64,000 nucleotides of DNA. Origin: Octopus sinensis. Taxonomy: Eukaryota. The stretch's first letter is position 1; every line of letters starts with the position of its first letter. The stretch lies in the NCBI RefSeq assembly GCF_006345805.1, contig NC_043001.1, positions 120,466,001 through 120,530,000 of the forward strand, written 5' to 3'. Both the position numbers and the translations under genes were made by a program. Positions 12,953 to 25,369 of the stretch are shown here, one piece after another. The notes beneath the pieces are model-generated. The model was not told the DNA's origin, ran no database searches, and saw only the letters and a program-made list of their open reading frames with translations.

Positions 12953-14080
12953 TATTGGGTTGGCAGGAAAGTAATTTCGTTTTTCGCAAATAGAGTTACG
13001 ATATTTTTGAATGACTTTTGTTATAGTTATGATTGTTCCTTTAGATATTTGATAACCCTTACTTTTAGCTTACTTCAGAAACAAATTGCCCATCTTAATA
13101 TGGAGTGCAAAAACAAACATTTTGTCACATTTTGCTTATTTTATTTCCATAAATGCAAGAAAGCTGGTAAGGCTCAGAAAGAGATACGTGAAGATTATGG
13201 TGTTGATTTCTTAACAGAATGCACATGTTAGAAATGGTTTTATTAATTCCTTTCTGAAGATTGTTCACTCAAAGATGAACAACGTTCTGCTCGACTTACT
13301 GAGGTTGATGATGACCGAATCAAAGCTATAACTCAATCCGATTATCATATAATAGTGTGAGGAATTGCAGAGAGGTTAAATGTATCTCACACATCAATTG
13401 GAAAATCTCTTAAAGTGTCTTGGACTCGTTAAGAAGCTCGATATTTGGATTCCACATAAATTGAAAGAGATTCACTTAACATAATGAACCAATATTTGCG
13501 ATATGCATCTCAAACGCAATCAAATCAACCTTTTTTTAATCGAATCATCACTGGTGATGAAAAATGGATTGTCTACAATAACACCAATCGAAACCGATCA
13601 TGGTTTAAGCATAATGAACCAGTACAAACCACATCGAAAGCTGAATTGCATCACAAAATGGTCATGCTGTCAATTTGGTGAGTTTAACAAAGGCGTTGTG
13701 AATTTTGAGCTACTTCCATGGAATTGAGAAATTGTAAAGGAATCGTGTTCCACCATTACCAAGCTAGACTACACACGTCTTTATTAACACGTGAAAAAAT
13801 ATTGGAACTTGGTTGGGAAGTGATTTCACATCCACTATATAGCCCTGACCTTGCACCATCAAATTACCGTTTATTTCGAAGTTAGCAAAATTCTTTGAAT
13901 GATAAAACTTTCAATAGTGATGATGAGTTGAAATTGCATTTGCTTCAGTGACCCGAAAGATGGCAAAGGTCATCGAACAAAACGGAAAATATATATTGAT
14001 TGAAGTTCATTCTTTGTATGGAAAAAAATTACTTTTATTTCACACTAAAAAAACAAAATTACTTTCTTGCCAGCCCAGTA
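12953..14080 (+). mobile_element. Mariner (DD34D) element with TIRs and TA target duplication; transposase pseudogenised
   Basis: TA-ttgggttggcaggaaagtaatttcg ... caaaattactttcttgccagcccag-TA. ATG at 13100 begins MECKNKHF; motifs WIPHKL, RIITGDEKW and HPLYSPDLAP; ends EQNGKYIID. Stops and internal deletions are present. Confidence 0.92.
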
Positions 14081-16413
14081 CATGGGACAGATGATCCACC
14101 GAATGTGAATTGTATTCACGTCCAAGTCTGCCGGACTCTGTTAAAAGATACATACATCATTATTTTGATATTTACTGTTTTTCATGCATATGATGATATA
14201 TTATTAACTTGGCAGGCTTTGGCAAACATCTGCAAATGCTGTGTTCAATGAATTCAAAAGGTAGGAACAATTTTACCTTGTCTAGCTTCAGATGTCCTGC
14301 AATTGTCTCACACTGAGTGAGCATAGCATACCGAAACACGGTTTAAAGGGATAATTTGTTCTCTGAAAGTGAAATCCAAAAACAAACATATTCACGTCAA
14401 AGTCTGTCGGCATGTGTTAACATCAAGTATGTACATCAGTATATAAAAGTAAATATAGATATATAAGTTAACTATTTTATCATGAAATTCAATAATATTC
14501 AGCCTCCTACTAAAGAGTGTAGATAATGCTCCTGAATGTTCCATCTCCTCTAAAACAATATCCAATTTTTATACTAATATCATTTTTCTGTTTTTGCTTG
14601 CAGAATATATTTTCTTATTAAGTGTGACTCCGCCTTTTCCCTAACCTGTCTACCAATAGACAAAATAGAAGAATTCAGTCATTCACCCATCTTTTAACAA
14701 TTTATTTTATTGTAGGTCTTGCCAATACTAGCCGAAGCATTCGTTTATTTTCTCAGTAACTAGTAACAATTAAACACATACAAAACAATAAAACGAAATA
14801 GGAAAGAAAAATTCGTATTTGAAATGTTTTAGAATGTTCGTGTTCAATATTTCCTTTGTATAATAAGTCAATAAACCTTAGCAGAATGGCGAAAAACATA
14901 TTAGCCATTCAAAAACACACAAAATCTATTAGCTTCATTGAAACAGTTATTATTTTTCATTTCCTGTCAAAATTTTCCATCTCATGAACTGCGTCCTGGT
15001 CGCTCTAGGTAATATTTATCTTCCACGCTGCAATAGTTTTAGTTTCAGATCAAATTGCTTGCCTGGCAAGTACACCGCCGAAATATGTCAATAATACTGA
15101 ATTAAATGTATAAACTTACTGCAGAATTGTATCCCAGTATAGCAGAGCTATCATATAAAAACAGAATACAGATACACACAAAGGTATCTGCATCATCAAT
15201 AACTTCGTTATATATCTTGAAAATACTATGTAAGGATGTGACTGTCCAGAAGGGAATCTGATCCTATTGGCTTCACTGCGTCAGAAAAACGTTGGAAGGC
15301 TATGGACGTAACTTGTTCCACCAGATCAATTTATTCCGTCGGCAATGCACACAACTTTCCTGATTCCAAGCTACAGATATTGTTCAAGATAAAAGCAATT
15401 GCTTTTAGTACCGATGAAACTTGGTTCCAGTGTCGTAGAATGTATTGCTATCAGGATGAAAATGGTCAACAATTTCAGCGTTCTGGAGACTGGTACTTTC
15501 GTTATCGATTCTGAAAGTATGAAATGAAAAGGTGACCTGGGTGAGATTTGAACGCAAGATGTAAAGAATAAAACCAAATATCGTGGGGAATTTTATCCAG
15601 CACTTTAATAAATCTGCCGATCCAATATAATGATATCTCTAACTAGATAATTTGCTCTACTATAACAAGTGATTTTGTTTTATTTCTATCTGTGAGAAAG
15701 AAATTGAATACGTTGTTACAAGCCAACAGAGGAATTTGTCAGTTCATAAATATGGTGTGCAGCCACTCGTCAAATACACAACACAGAGCATGGTGAAGTC
15801 AGCCATTAAGTTTTGTCGTAGTCACAATTTCAATGGTGATAAATAGATACAAACCACCGAAAACCATTCTTCTTTTAAACCAGCATTCGTTCAACAATTA
15901 TATTACGTCTTTGGTTATGGATGTACAAAGGACCGATCAGTTGTTCAACCTATATTTCGGGTGGAAAAACAAGGGAATTCTAATAATAAACAGAATAAAC
16001 AACTTGAAATAATTTCGTTCAACGTCCTAACTTACAGATAGTTTGTTGGCGATGTCTGTATTCATGTATATATATATATATAAAAACATACATACATACG
16101 TACACATATGTATATACATGTATATACACACACACACATATGCGCATATATATATATGTGTGTGTGTGTGTGTGTAGGTGTGTGTATGTATGTGTGTGTA
16201 TATGTGTGTGTTTGTGTGTTATTGTGAGGATATAGATTCGTCTTAAAAGGGATGTTAGCATCCAAGTTCCACCGGTTTCATCCTATATATCAATGAAATA
16301 CTCAGGAGTCCAGTTTTACTTAGCACTACTGGTGTTTATTATCTAATAATTGGCACAAATATTAAAAACATTATATATGTATGTATATGTTTATATATAT
16401 ATATATGTATATA

Positions 16414-16444
<31 letters not shown>

Positions 16445-16476
16445 CATACATACATACATACATACATACATACATA

Positions 16477-16852
16477 CAGGGTGCGATGAGTAAATTGTGA
16501 TCATTTTATATTTTCAATTTCGCGCATGCGCATTGTTTGTTTTTGATTTTGTCGACGATATAGCATAGTAACGTCAGTAGGGCACCATCTGTGAGAAAAA
16601 CAGAACCATGACGCAATTCACTCTGCCAAAAGTTTGAAAATGACATGCTGTACTGCTTGGCATTCGTACCAGAAGCTCCTATACAAAGATTTCAGTATTC
16701 ATCAACTTCAACAAGGAGACCATCCAGAAGAGATGCAGGATATTCCGAAGTCCTCTCGTTGCAGTAGTTGAAGTCAATAGCGATCTTATTTTCTTCTGCC
16801 ACTCTAAATTATAGTAGGCTTTAAGTATTTCCTCTCTATGTAGTATCCTGTA
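16477..16852 (+). mobile_element. Short internal-deletion derivative of a maT/DD37D-like transposon
   Basis: Starts TA-cagggtg. ATG MTQFTLP..HAVLLGIR is fused to C-terminal NFNKETIQKRCRIFRSPLVAVVEVNSDLI. The right end is uncertain. Confidence 0.65.
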
Positions 16853-17023
16853 TGTTGAAAATCTATATGATCATATGCTTCCGAGGAGAGCGATTTATTT
16901 CAAATTGATGTGATGCTTGCATTGATCGATTAAACGGAGGCGCTTGAAACAGCCGTAATGCACTAATACGGGACATCCTTGTTACTTAGTTGCTTAGTTG
17001 CTATATATATATATACTTAGTTG

Positions 17024-17067
<44 letters not shown>

Positions 17068-17212
17068 CATTATATTATATATAAATGTATTTATTTATGT
17101 ATCAGTATATCTGTCTAGCTATCTTCCTAACTATCTATCTATATATTTATATATATATATATATATATATGAAAAAACAAGTAAAAAATAGAAAATGCTA
17201 AAATAATTTTAT

Positions 17213-17258
17213 ATTTCAGTACCGGTTTCGGTCATTTTGAGACCTTTTCAACTGTAAC
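17213..17258 (-). ncRNA. Minimal type I hammerhead ribozyme with a U3-A8 core variant
   Basis: Minus strand: UUACAG-UUGAAAA-GGUC ucaaaau GACC-GAA-ACCGGU-A-CUGAAA. Stem II has 4 bp, stem III is palindromic, the cleavage triplet is GUA, and stem I is CAG/CUG plus UU/AA. Confidence 0.7.
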
Positions 17259-17604
17259 GATTAAATAATTAAATTTAGAAAAATTAGAAGAAAAGTTTTT
17301 TAAAAGAATATTTCTATAGTAGTGTTCAGATTTAAGTGGCATTCTGCCTTTCTCTGACTCCCTTGTTTGCACTTGTGTGTTCGAGGTAGTTGTGAGCTCT
17401 TGGTAGGGTAGTAGAGAGAAGGCTGGTGAGGAAAGGGGGGTGGGAGAATCTGGGAGTGCCCTGATGGTCGTATTTTGAATGGTCAGTGGCGGCTGGCAGT
17501 CTCAGTTCAATTCAGGAGAATATTTATATTGACAGGCTTCTTTATAGAATTAGCGTAGGTGTTATACTAAAAAACATTAGTGACAAACTTAAGGGGTAGG
17601 GGGT

Positions 17605-17842
17605 GGAGAAGAAGAAGAAGAAGAAGAAGAAGAAGGAGAAGGAGAAGGAGAAGATGACGATGATGGTGATGGTGGTGATGATTATGACGACGATGATGAT
17701 GATAACGATGATGATGAAGAAGAAGAAGAAGAAGAAGGAGGAGAAGGAGAAGATGGTGGTGATGATGGTGGCGATGATGATGATGCCGATGATGATGATA
17801 ACGATGATGATGAAGAAGAAGAGGAAGAAGAAGAAGAAAAAA
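17605..17842. repeat. Compound (GAA/GGA)(GAT/GGT) microsatellite with a duplicated unit of about 100 bp, inside the PLE 3' region
   Basis: The block ...gatgataacgatgatgatgaagaagaag occurs twice. Confidence 0.8.
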
Positions 17843-18058
17843 CAGAGAAGGGAGAATATGAATGTAAATATAGCTATGAAGGGGCTGATTAGTAATGGAT
17901 TCTATTGAGTGTAGTATTTGTGTGCGTATATATATTTTTTTCTTTTATTCTAAAGTTGAGGTATATTAATTGTTTGTCGTAGACCCGTTAAGAAGTGGCT
18001 TGTATTTTTAATAAAGAGATTTTCTTTACTTATTCGTTGTCTCGAGGTTGTATCGTCC

Positions 18059-19444
18059 CTAAATTGGTAGAGGGGGAAAATTCTGAAGTTTGGTGTTTTT
18101 TTTGTTGGCGCAAGTATCTATGTGTTGGCTAAAAGCTATTTTTCTGTTTTGGGGAATTTTTATCTGGGATCTGTGCAGGGCCATTCGTTTACGCAAACCA
18201 TTTTTTGTTTGGCCTATGTACTGCTCTTGACACCCGGAGCAGGTTAGTGAGTATATTAGGTTCTCCGAAGCACATGTGAAGTTGCTTTTCACTGTAAAAC
18301 GTTGTCCCTGTTTGAAGGAGAACTCAGAACCCTCGATTAGATAGTCGCATATCCCGCAATTGGGTCTTCCACATTTTTTTACTGTCGGCTTCTGTGTTGA
18401 AGAGTGAATTCGGGCTTGTGTAAGGAGACTTTTCATGGATCTAGGCTGTCTTTTGCTTTTTATGATCGTGTGTGTTTGGAGGATTGTGTTCATTCTGTGG
18501 TCTTTTTTTAGGAGGGGTATGTTGTGGAGGATGGTGTCGAAGGCTTCGTTATTGAGAGGGTTGTGTGTGGAGATGTATGGTAAGGCTTTTGGTTGTAAGT
18601 TTTTCTTTGATTTGGGATGTCTCAGTTCCTTGATGTTAAGTTGAAGGGCACGTTGAATGCATTTGTCAATAAGTGAAGGTGGATAGTTCCTGGTGATTAG
18701 GGTATCTTTTAGTTCTTGTAGTCGTGTGTCTCTGGTGTTTGCGTTAGAGACTATAGTGCATATCCTTTTTGCTAGATTGAAGGGGATATTCATCCTGGTG
18801 TGTCTGGGGTGGCATGAATTGAATGGAAGATATTGCTTAGAGTCTGTAGGCTTATAGTATATGTCTGTTTCTATTATATTATTAGCTTTCTTAATGAGGA
18901 TATCGAGGAAGGGGAGTTGTTGTTGGCTATATTCCATCGTGAATTGGATGTTTACGTCCAGTCCGTTTAAAATTTTCTGGAATTCTATGAGTTTTTCTAT
19001 ATTTTTATGCCAAAGGATGAAACAGTCATCTAGATATCTCTTCCAGTTGTTTTCTATGTAGATGGAGAAAGGGCTGCCATATCTTTCTAGAACCTTACGA
19101 TACAGACTGATCTCTAGGTATCCTATGACTAGGTTGGCAAAGGAGGGGGCCATTCGTGTACCCATCGCAGTCCCCGATTTTTGTCGGTAGAAGTTGTCAT
19201 TGAAGGCGAAGAAGTTATTTTCCAGGATGAATTTAACCCCTTCTATCACAAATTCTTTTTTGATGCGGTGTGGTAGTTCGTTGGCGTGATTCTCTAGCCA
19301 GAATTGGATTGCCTCTAGTCCTAGGTTGTGGGGGATATTGGAGTAGAGGTTGACTACATCGAAGGATACCAGTATGGTGTTTTTGTTTATAGTATTCGGT
19401 AGGTGATTGAGCATATCTAAGTCGTCCCTTATAGCTTTTGACAT
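18059..19444 (-). CDS. PLE reverse transcriptase and GIY-YIG endonuclease (main open segment, 461 aa)
   Basis: RT motifs LVSFDVVNLYSNIP, YRQKSGTAMGTRMAPSFANL, WKRYLDDCF and LPFLDILI; CGRPNCGIC Zn finger; LIYSLTCSGCQEQYIGQT..RMALH nuclease motif. Confidence 0.93.
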   Translation of the reverse strand: MSKAIRDDLDMLNHLPNTINKNTILVSFDVVNLYSNIPHNLGLEAIQFWLENHANELPHRIKKEFVIEGVKFILENNFFAFNDNFYRQKSGTAMGTRMAPSFANLVIGYLEISLYRKVLERYGSPFSIYIENNWKRYLDDCFILWHKNIEKLIEFQKILNGLDVNIQFTMEYSQQQLPFLDILIKKANNIIETDIYYKPTDSKQYLPFNSCHPRHTRMNIPFNLAKRICTIVSNANTRDTRLQELKDTLITRNYPPSLIDKCIQRALQLNIKELRHPKSKKNLQPKALPYISTHNPLNNEAFDTILHNIPLLKKDHRMNTILQTHTIIKSKRQPRSMKSLLTQARIHSSTQKPTVKKCGRPNCGICDYLIEGSEFSFKQGQRFTVKSNFTCASENLIYSLTCSGCQEQYIGQTKNGLRKRMALHRSQIKIPQNRKIAFSQHIDTCANKKNTKLQNFPPLPI

Positions 19445-19855
19445 GTTTGAGGAGTGGTTTTAACAGGGTGTCTAAAAAGTTACTGAGGCGGTGGGTTTCG
19501 CATGCGGGACCTGCTATTATGGGTCTCAATTTGAGGTCATTAGGATTAGGGACTTTAATTATTTTGTCTGTAGCTATCTTGCATGCGTTGCTTATTTTTT
19601 CACTTTTGTGGATCTTAGGTATACCGTAGAATTGGCTAGTTTTACTTGTGAAATTGGTCATATAATCATATTCTTTGTCGGTTAGCCCTGCTTTGTATGG
19701 GTTTAATATGGATTTTAGTTCCCTCATTATTTTTTGTTGACTGTAGTTTTGTGCCTTTTCATAGTATGTTGTGTCTTCCAGCATAGAAAGTACCAAAGTT
19801 ATGTAAAATGTCGTATCCATAATATAATATAGATGCATACATACATAAATACATT

Positions 19856-19943
<88 letters not shown>

Positions 19944-20838
19944 CACATATACATATATACATGTATCTCTTCATGCGCACACGCACGTGTGTGTATATAT
20001 GTGTGTGCCCGGCTTCTGCAGAGTTTCTGTTTAACCATTTTCACTCACAAAATCCGTTCAACAACCCGAGGCTATGATAGTCGACTCTCACCGAGGCTTC
20101 TGCTCAGTGAGTTCGAAATTAGAAACTCGTAGTTGCGAAGTAAACTTCTTAAACTACCCGTCAAAACATCGCTCTCACTCTCTTGGCTGTTCATCCGGTA
20201 CCGTATCAAATCAATATCCGAGTATCCACCCCAACCTCACTTCTCTCCTCGAATTCTGCTGATTATATCTAAAGTGATATTTCAGGTAACCTAAGTATTT
20301 GTGATGTAAGGAGAAATTGTATTCTCAGTGTGAGCTTTAGCGTGTCACTGTTTTATCGGTCACCGATTTTCGTCGACTGACTGACGCGATTATAAGTGTG
20401 CTCTGTTGAAGTGTAAAGTGTTTTGTATCTAAGTTCTTAATAGAAAGTAATGAGAACACAATATTGTAAACACAGTTCTTTATTTACTTATATTTTATGT
20501 TTATTTCACGATTTGTGTAAATTAGCGTTGTTTTCTAAAGATTTACAACAGGACGATAATCGTTGCATTGCATTTGCCACGGCAGAAGTGACAAAAGATT
20601 GCTGAAGTCAATCTTTCTCTCTCCCTCTTTCCTTCCAATCATCTCTATCCTTTCTCTCTCCTTATGCCTCTCTCTCCCTCTCTTTCTCTCTCTCCCTCTC
20701 GTCCCTCTTCCCGTCTCTCTCTCTTTCTCCCCCCTCTCTTCCTGTGATTACATGTCATGCTGACAATCATCAGCGATCATGGACTTCCATTTCTATACAC
20801 AACTTATCACTTCATACATACATACATACACACACACG

Positions 20839-20872
<34 letters not shown>

Positions 20873-20944
20873 AATGATATATAAATATATGCATATATAC
20901 ATATATATGTACATACGTACATATATATGTATATATACATGCTT

Positions 20945-21095
20945 ATATGGATACAGGACATAAAAAAACGTTGAACACAATGAGAAACGAAAACATAAAA
21001 ACAAAAACAGAAAGGAACATTTTTTTTGGAACAACGAAAAAGACAAACAGAGAAACGAGACATGCAACATGAAGAATATTCCCCTTATATATCAG
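20945..21095. repeat. Dispersed non-coding repeat (PLE pLTR-like), second copy at 45135-45275
   Basis: Shared tacaggacat..aaaaaa.cgttgaacacaa.gagaaacgaaaacataaa...aagaatatt.ccct in both copies, each adjacent to TA/TACA repeats. Confidence 0.7.
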
Positions 21096-21096
21096 G

Positions 21097-21300
21097 TAAG
21101 TCGGTAGAATCGCTGGCACGCTGGGCAAAATGCTTCGCACCATTTCGTTCCTCTTAGATTCTGAGTTCAAATGCCGCCGAAGTCGACTTTGCCTTTCATG
21201 AGTTCAGATTCGATTAAATAAATAACAGTTGATACCGGGGTCGATGTAATCCACTTACTCCTTCCCCCGAAATTGCTGGCCTTGTGCCACATTTTGAAAA
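21097..21300 (+). mobile_element. SINE (gtcgactttgcctttcat family)
   Basis: Head ggcagaatcg-like, core, and tail cttgtgccacattttgaaa. Confidence 0.8.
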
Positions 21301-21732
21301 CAGTATGTATGTACGTACGTATGTATGTACGTACGTATGTATGTACGTACGTATGTATGTACGTATGTATGTATGTATGTATGTATGTATGTATGTATGT
21401 ATGCATGTATGTATGTATGTATGTATGTACATGCATTCATAGACTCCTACAGCGGATTTCCATGCAGAGTCTGCCTACGAAATTCAAATACTTATGATAA
21501 ACCCGGGTTTTATTATAAAAGATATTTGCCCATGGTTTTGGTGCTATGCTACCTAACCTCATTTTCATATTGTTTTTAAAACACACAGTCACTCCACGTC
21601 GATTTCATATGAAATAATATTTTGTAACTACTACCAAATTTAAGTAGTGAACAGCGTAATCGATACAGCACCGTCTCTTCTGGGACTGGGAATATAAACA
21701 GACAGAAACAGACTGATAGACAGGCATGGATG

Positions 21733-21817
<85 letters not shown>

Positions 21818-21858
21818 GTAGGTAGGTACGTACGTACGTAGGTAGGTACGTAGGTTGG

Positions 21859-21954
<96 letters not shown>

Positions 21955-22672
21955 ATTTTTGATATTCTGTGTAGGAATACAGACACATGCTTATCAAATA
22001 AGTGAATAATATACTCGGTCAATAACCTAATATCTTTTTCTGATTGCTTCTGATAGACAGCATACATATAATTTGTATCATGAATTAATTATGTTTCATA
22101 ATTCCCAGAAATCTAAGCTCAGGAACATCAAGAAATCGGTTTCGTTGAACGTAACTGTATCTTCTGCATTTGATTTTTTTGTTTATTATTTTTTTTCCAC
22201 TTCTCCAGCTTTCACCTCTGTTTCATCTCTTACGTCTTCATCTCTCACCTCTTCTCAGTCAGCTGTACTTTGACTACATCCATTGAGCGTCAGCAACAGG
22301 GCCATCCTCCTTCAGGTATACTATGATGATTCGTCGGGGTTAGCGTCAGGGTTTAATGTTAGTTTGATGGAGGTGAATAAAAATGACACGGTCTGATTTA
22401 TGACGCCATTTGCAGAAACGATCTTCTGATGACATTTTCTTGATAGGAGGAACTACTTTGAGCTAGTGAAGTCTCCGACACTACAGTCTATTGATTTTAC
22501 GTGTGCATAAGACTATTTCGGGAAAGGCTGCCGCAACGGTCTGAAGTCTGCGGTAGCATTATGCATGATAGAAAAAATGTATATACATTTAGTTATCTGT
22601 AACACTTGTATTACTCCAGCGTTTTTCAAATTCCTGGTTTATTTTGGAACTTTCAGCATGATAATCTATCTA

Positions 22673-22727
<55 letters not shown>

Positions 22728-22739
22728 GATAGATAGATA

Positions 22740-22789
<50 letters not shown>

Positions 22790-22964
22790 TGATTGATTGA
22801 TGCATGCATATATACATACACACATACATACATACACACATACATACATACATACATACATACGTACATACATACATACATACGTACGTACATACATACA
22901 TACATACATACATGCATACATACATACATACATACATACATACATACATACATACATACATACA

Positions 22965-22998
<34 letters not shown>

Positions 22999-23039
22999 GG
23001 TTGTGATGGAATCGTAGAATAGGCATATGATTAGAAGAT

Positions 23040-23817
23040 GCGGACTTTGTATCTTCTATTTTTCCGACGATATTTGTTAGACAAATATAAATACAAAATA
23101 CAATAAAAATAAAAATAATAATAAGAGGACATAACAACAGATATCTTTCGACTGGGGACGAATGAATTCAGCTCGCGCGTGTGGAAATGAAGCCTTACGG
23201 CAGAGATACAAAACTTTCACAAACACAGGGAAAAATATTGATGTTACACTGACCACGGTCAGACGCATAAAGAAGGCTAACAGTCTGGTCTATCGGTCAC
23301 GGGTGAAGAGAAGAGAGAGAAAAAGAGGAACAAAAGAAGGCAAAGAAAAGTGAGAGAGGGGGAAAGAAAGAACGAAGAGTTGAATGAACGAATAAGCGTG
23401 AAAAGGTTGACAGAATCGTACAAAAATTTAGTAAAATGTGTACTTACATATAAGAGAACAAAGTGTACGTACGCAGCTATATATATATATATATATAATA
23501 AAATACAAAATGGGACAAGAACCCAAAACATCCGGACAACTAGGTGATACAAAAAGGGACAACAAAATATCCAGATAGACAATACAAAAAACAAGGACGG
23601 GTCATTCGAAGCCTTTTATGCTCAGTCAAGAACCGGATCATCCTCGCAATTTCGGCTGATTAATCTTGAGATTGCTCCAATCTGGCCAGCTCCAAGAAAA
23701 AAACTAAGCTAAGAGCATTATATTCCATTGATGTATACGAATGTATACGGAAACAAGGACTGAAAAACAGACGATGTTACACAAATATAAATACAAAATA
23801 CAATGAAAATAAAAATA

Positions 23818-23822
<5 letters not shown>
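23040..23822. repeat. Composite repeat with terminal direct repeats of about 40 bp, between TA/TACA arrays
   Basis: acaaatataaatacaaaatacaat(a/g)aaaataaaaataata occurs at about 23081 and 23780. Confidence 0.6.
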
Positions 23823-23898
<76 letters not shown>

Positions 23899-25369
23899 AC
23901 CATTAAACGAGAAGGTACACTTATATGATTTTGATTTTTAAAATTGCATGCTTTAACTGAAATAACAGGCGTTACCCCTTATGTATACAGTTAGATACTC
24001 TTGGTATTTGGTATCAAATATTTTGGTCACAGACTTAACACAACTGCCAGAAGTAAGGAACAAACCATTGATCTCTCATTTTTATTTTAACGTTGGGTTA
24101 GCCAGTGAAGGAAGGAAGAGCAGTGGCTACAGGACTTTCCAGAGTCTCTGAGACTGATGAGGAGGGAGAAAAGTCTTCTCCTCAGGCGGGGACAAGGGCT
24201 GCTCCAACTGAGTGGATTCCTTTAGACACCCAAAGGTCAAGTAGTTGAGTTAAAGTCAATGACACAGAAAGCCTTCCACTCAAAAAGGATTGGTGATCCA
24301 GTACTCAATGATTACTCCTGTTGCGACTCGTTGTCATCATAAAGTGTATATTATGACTTTAATTCGTTGAGGAGGGCGTGGGTGGATGAATGGATACAGA
24401 GTTGGGGAAAACTCGCTGCGATAACAGAAGTTCGCGTCCCTTCAACGGTGTCTTGCGTCTGAGACAAGGACAGAAAGCGCCTCAGGTTGTCCAATTTCTA
24501 AACTGCGTAGAAGCTTCAGCACATATTTTTACCGTAGCCTCAAACATTGCATCAAACATTGTGCGTAAATTAGGTGGACTCGAACGTTGTAAAAGTTTGT
24601 CAGAGGAATTGTACATAGAAACCAAAGATTCCGCTTTGTAAGTACTAAATCAATTGATTTTCCATGAGAATTTCGTTAAGGATACAAGAATCTGTGCAGT
24701 ATTTCGGCACATGCACGTTAAAACGAGCAGTTTCTTCCGTTAATTGAATAAGTGACAACTGATCAACGATAACTCGCCGTTCTAAATAGCAGCATTGGCA
24801 GTACGATGAAGTTTACAAGTAGCTCACTAGTTCATAGCAACGCGTTGAAAATCTGCTATTCATTTGCAGAAGACAGGGTTCAAATTCTGCTATTCATTAC
24901 AGAAGACAGGGTCATGAACGCCACAGTAGAGCTTTCTGTAAAATTATAATTATGACATTGATACAACACACCTGATATTATCGCCAGTAATAGTAGCGGT
25001 AGCAGTGGTGGTGGTGGTGGTGGTGGTGGTGGTGGTGGTGGTCGTCGTCGTCGTCGTCGTCGTTGTCGTTGTCATCGTTGTCGTTGTCATCGTCTTCGTG
25101 GTAACAGTCGTGATATTTTCATTTGAAACGGAAGTCAATAGATGCAAGACAGCTATTTTCAGCTGTAACAAATATGTAGTAAGGCTTCTAACCACAAACG
25201 GCCTTATTGTAAGTATTGATGCGGATATGTTTACAACAGATAACTACAGATTTCTTCTATAGAACTAAAATGTCTTGCTAATGAATAGACAGGAGATAAA
25301 TAGATACACCGAGAAGGAAAGAGAGAAAGAAAACTACACTGTATAAGTATGTGTGTGTATACTGTTTAC

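Larger units (their letters stand above)
17170..19830 (-). mobile_element. Penelope-like retroelement (RT plus C-terminal GIY-YIG, Neptune-like Zn-finger linker), 5'-truncated, with 3' UTR/pLTR
   Basis: ORFs 19233-19946 (real part from IMDTTFY) and 18059-19444. A 3' non-coding tail ends at a (TA)n array; the 5' end abuts (GATA)n. Confidence 0.95.

Noticed and set aside
14308-14340. ctgagtgagcatagcataccgaaac, hammerhead-like
   Set aside because: The core has an extra base and stem II does not pair.
17603-17908. 101-aa poly-Lys/Met ORF
   Set aside because: Translation of the GAA/GAT compound microsatellite.
23620-23770. pLTR-like segment with gccgaaattgcg resembling the 33-kb hammerhead 3' half
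   Set aside because: No CUGANGA or compensated core is found upstream.
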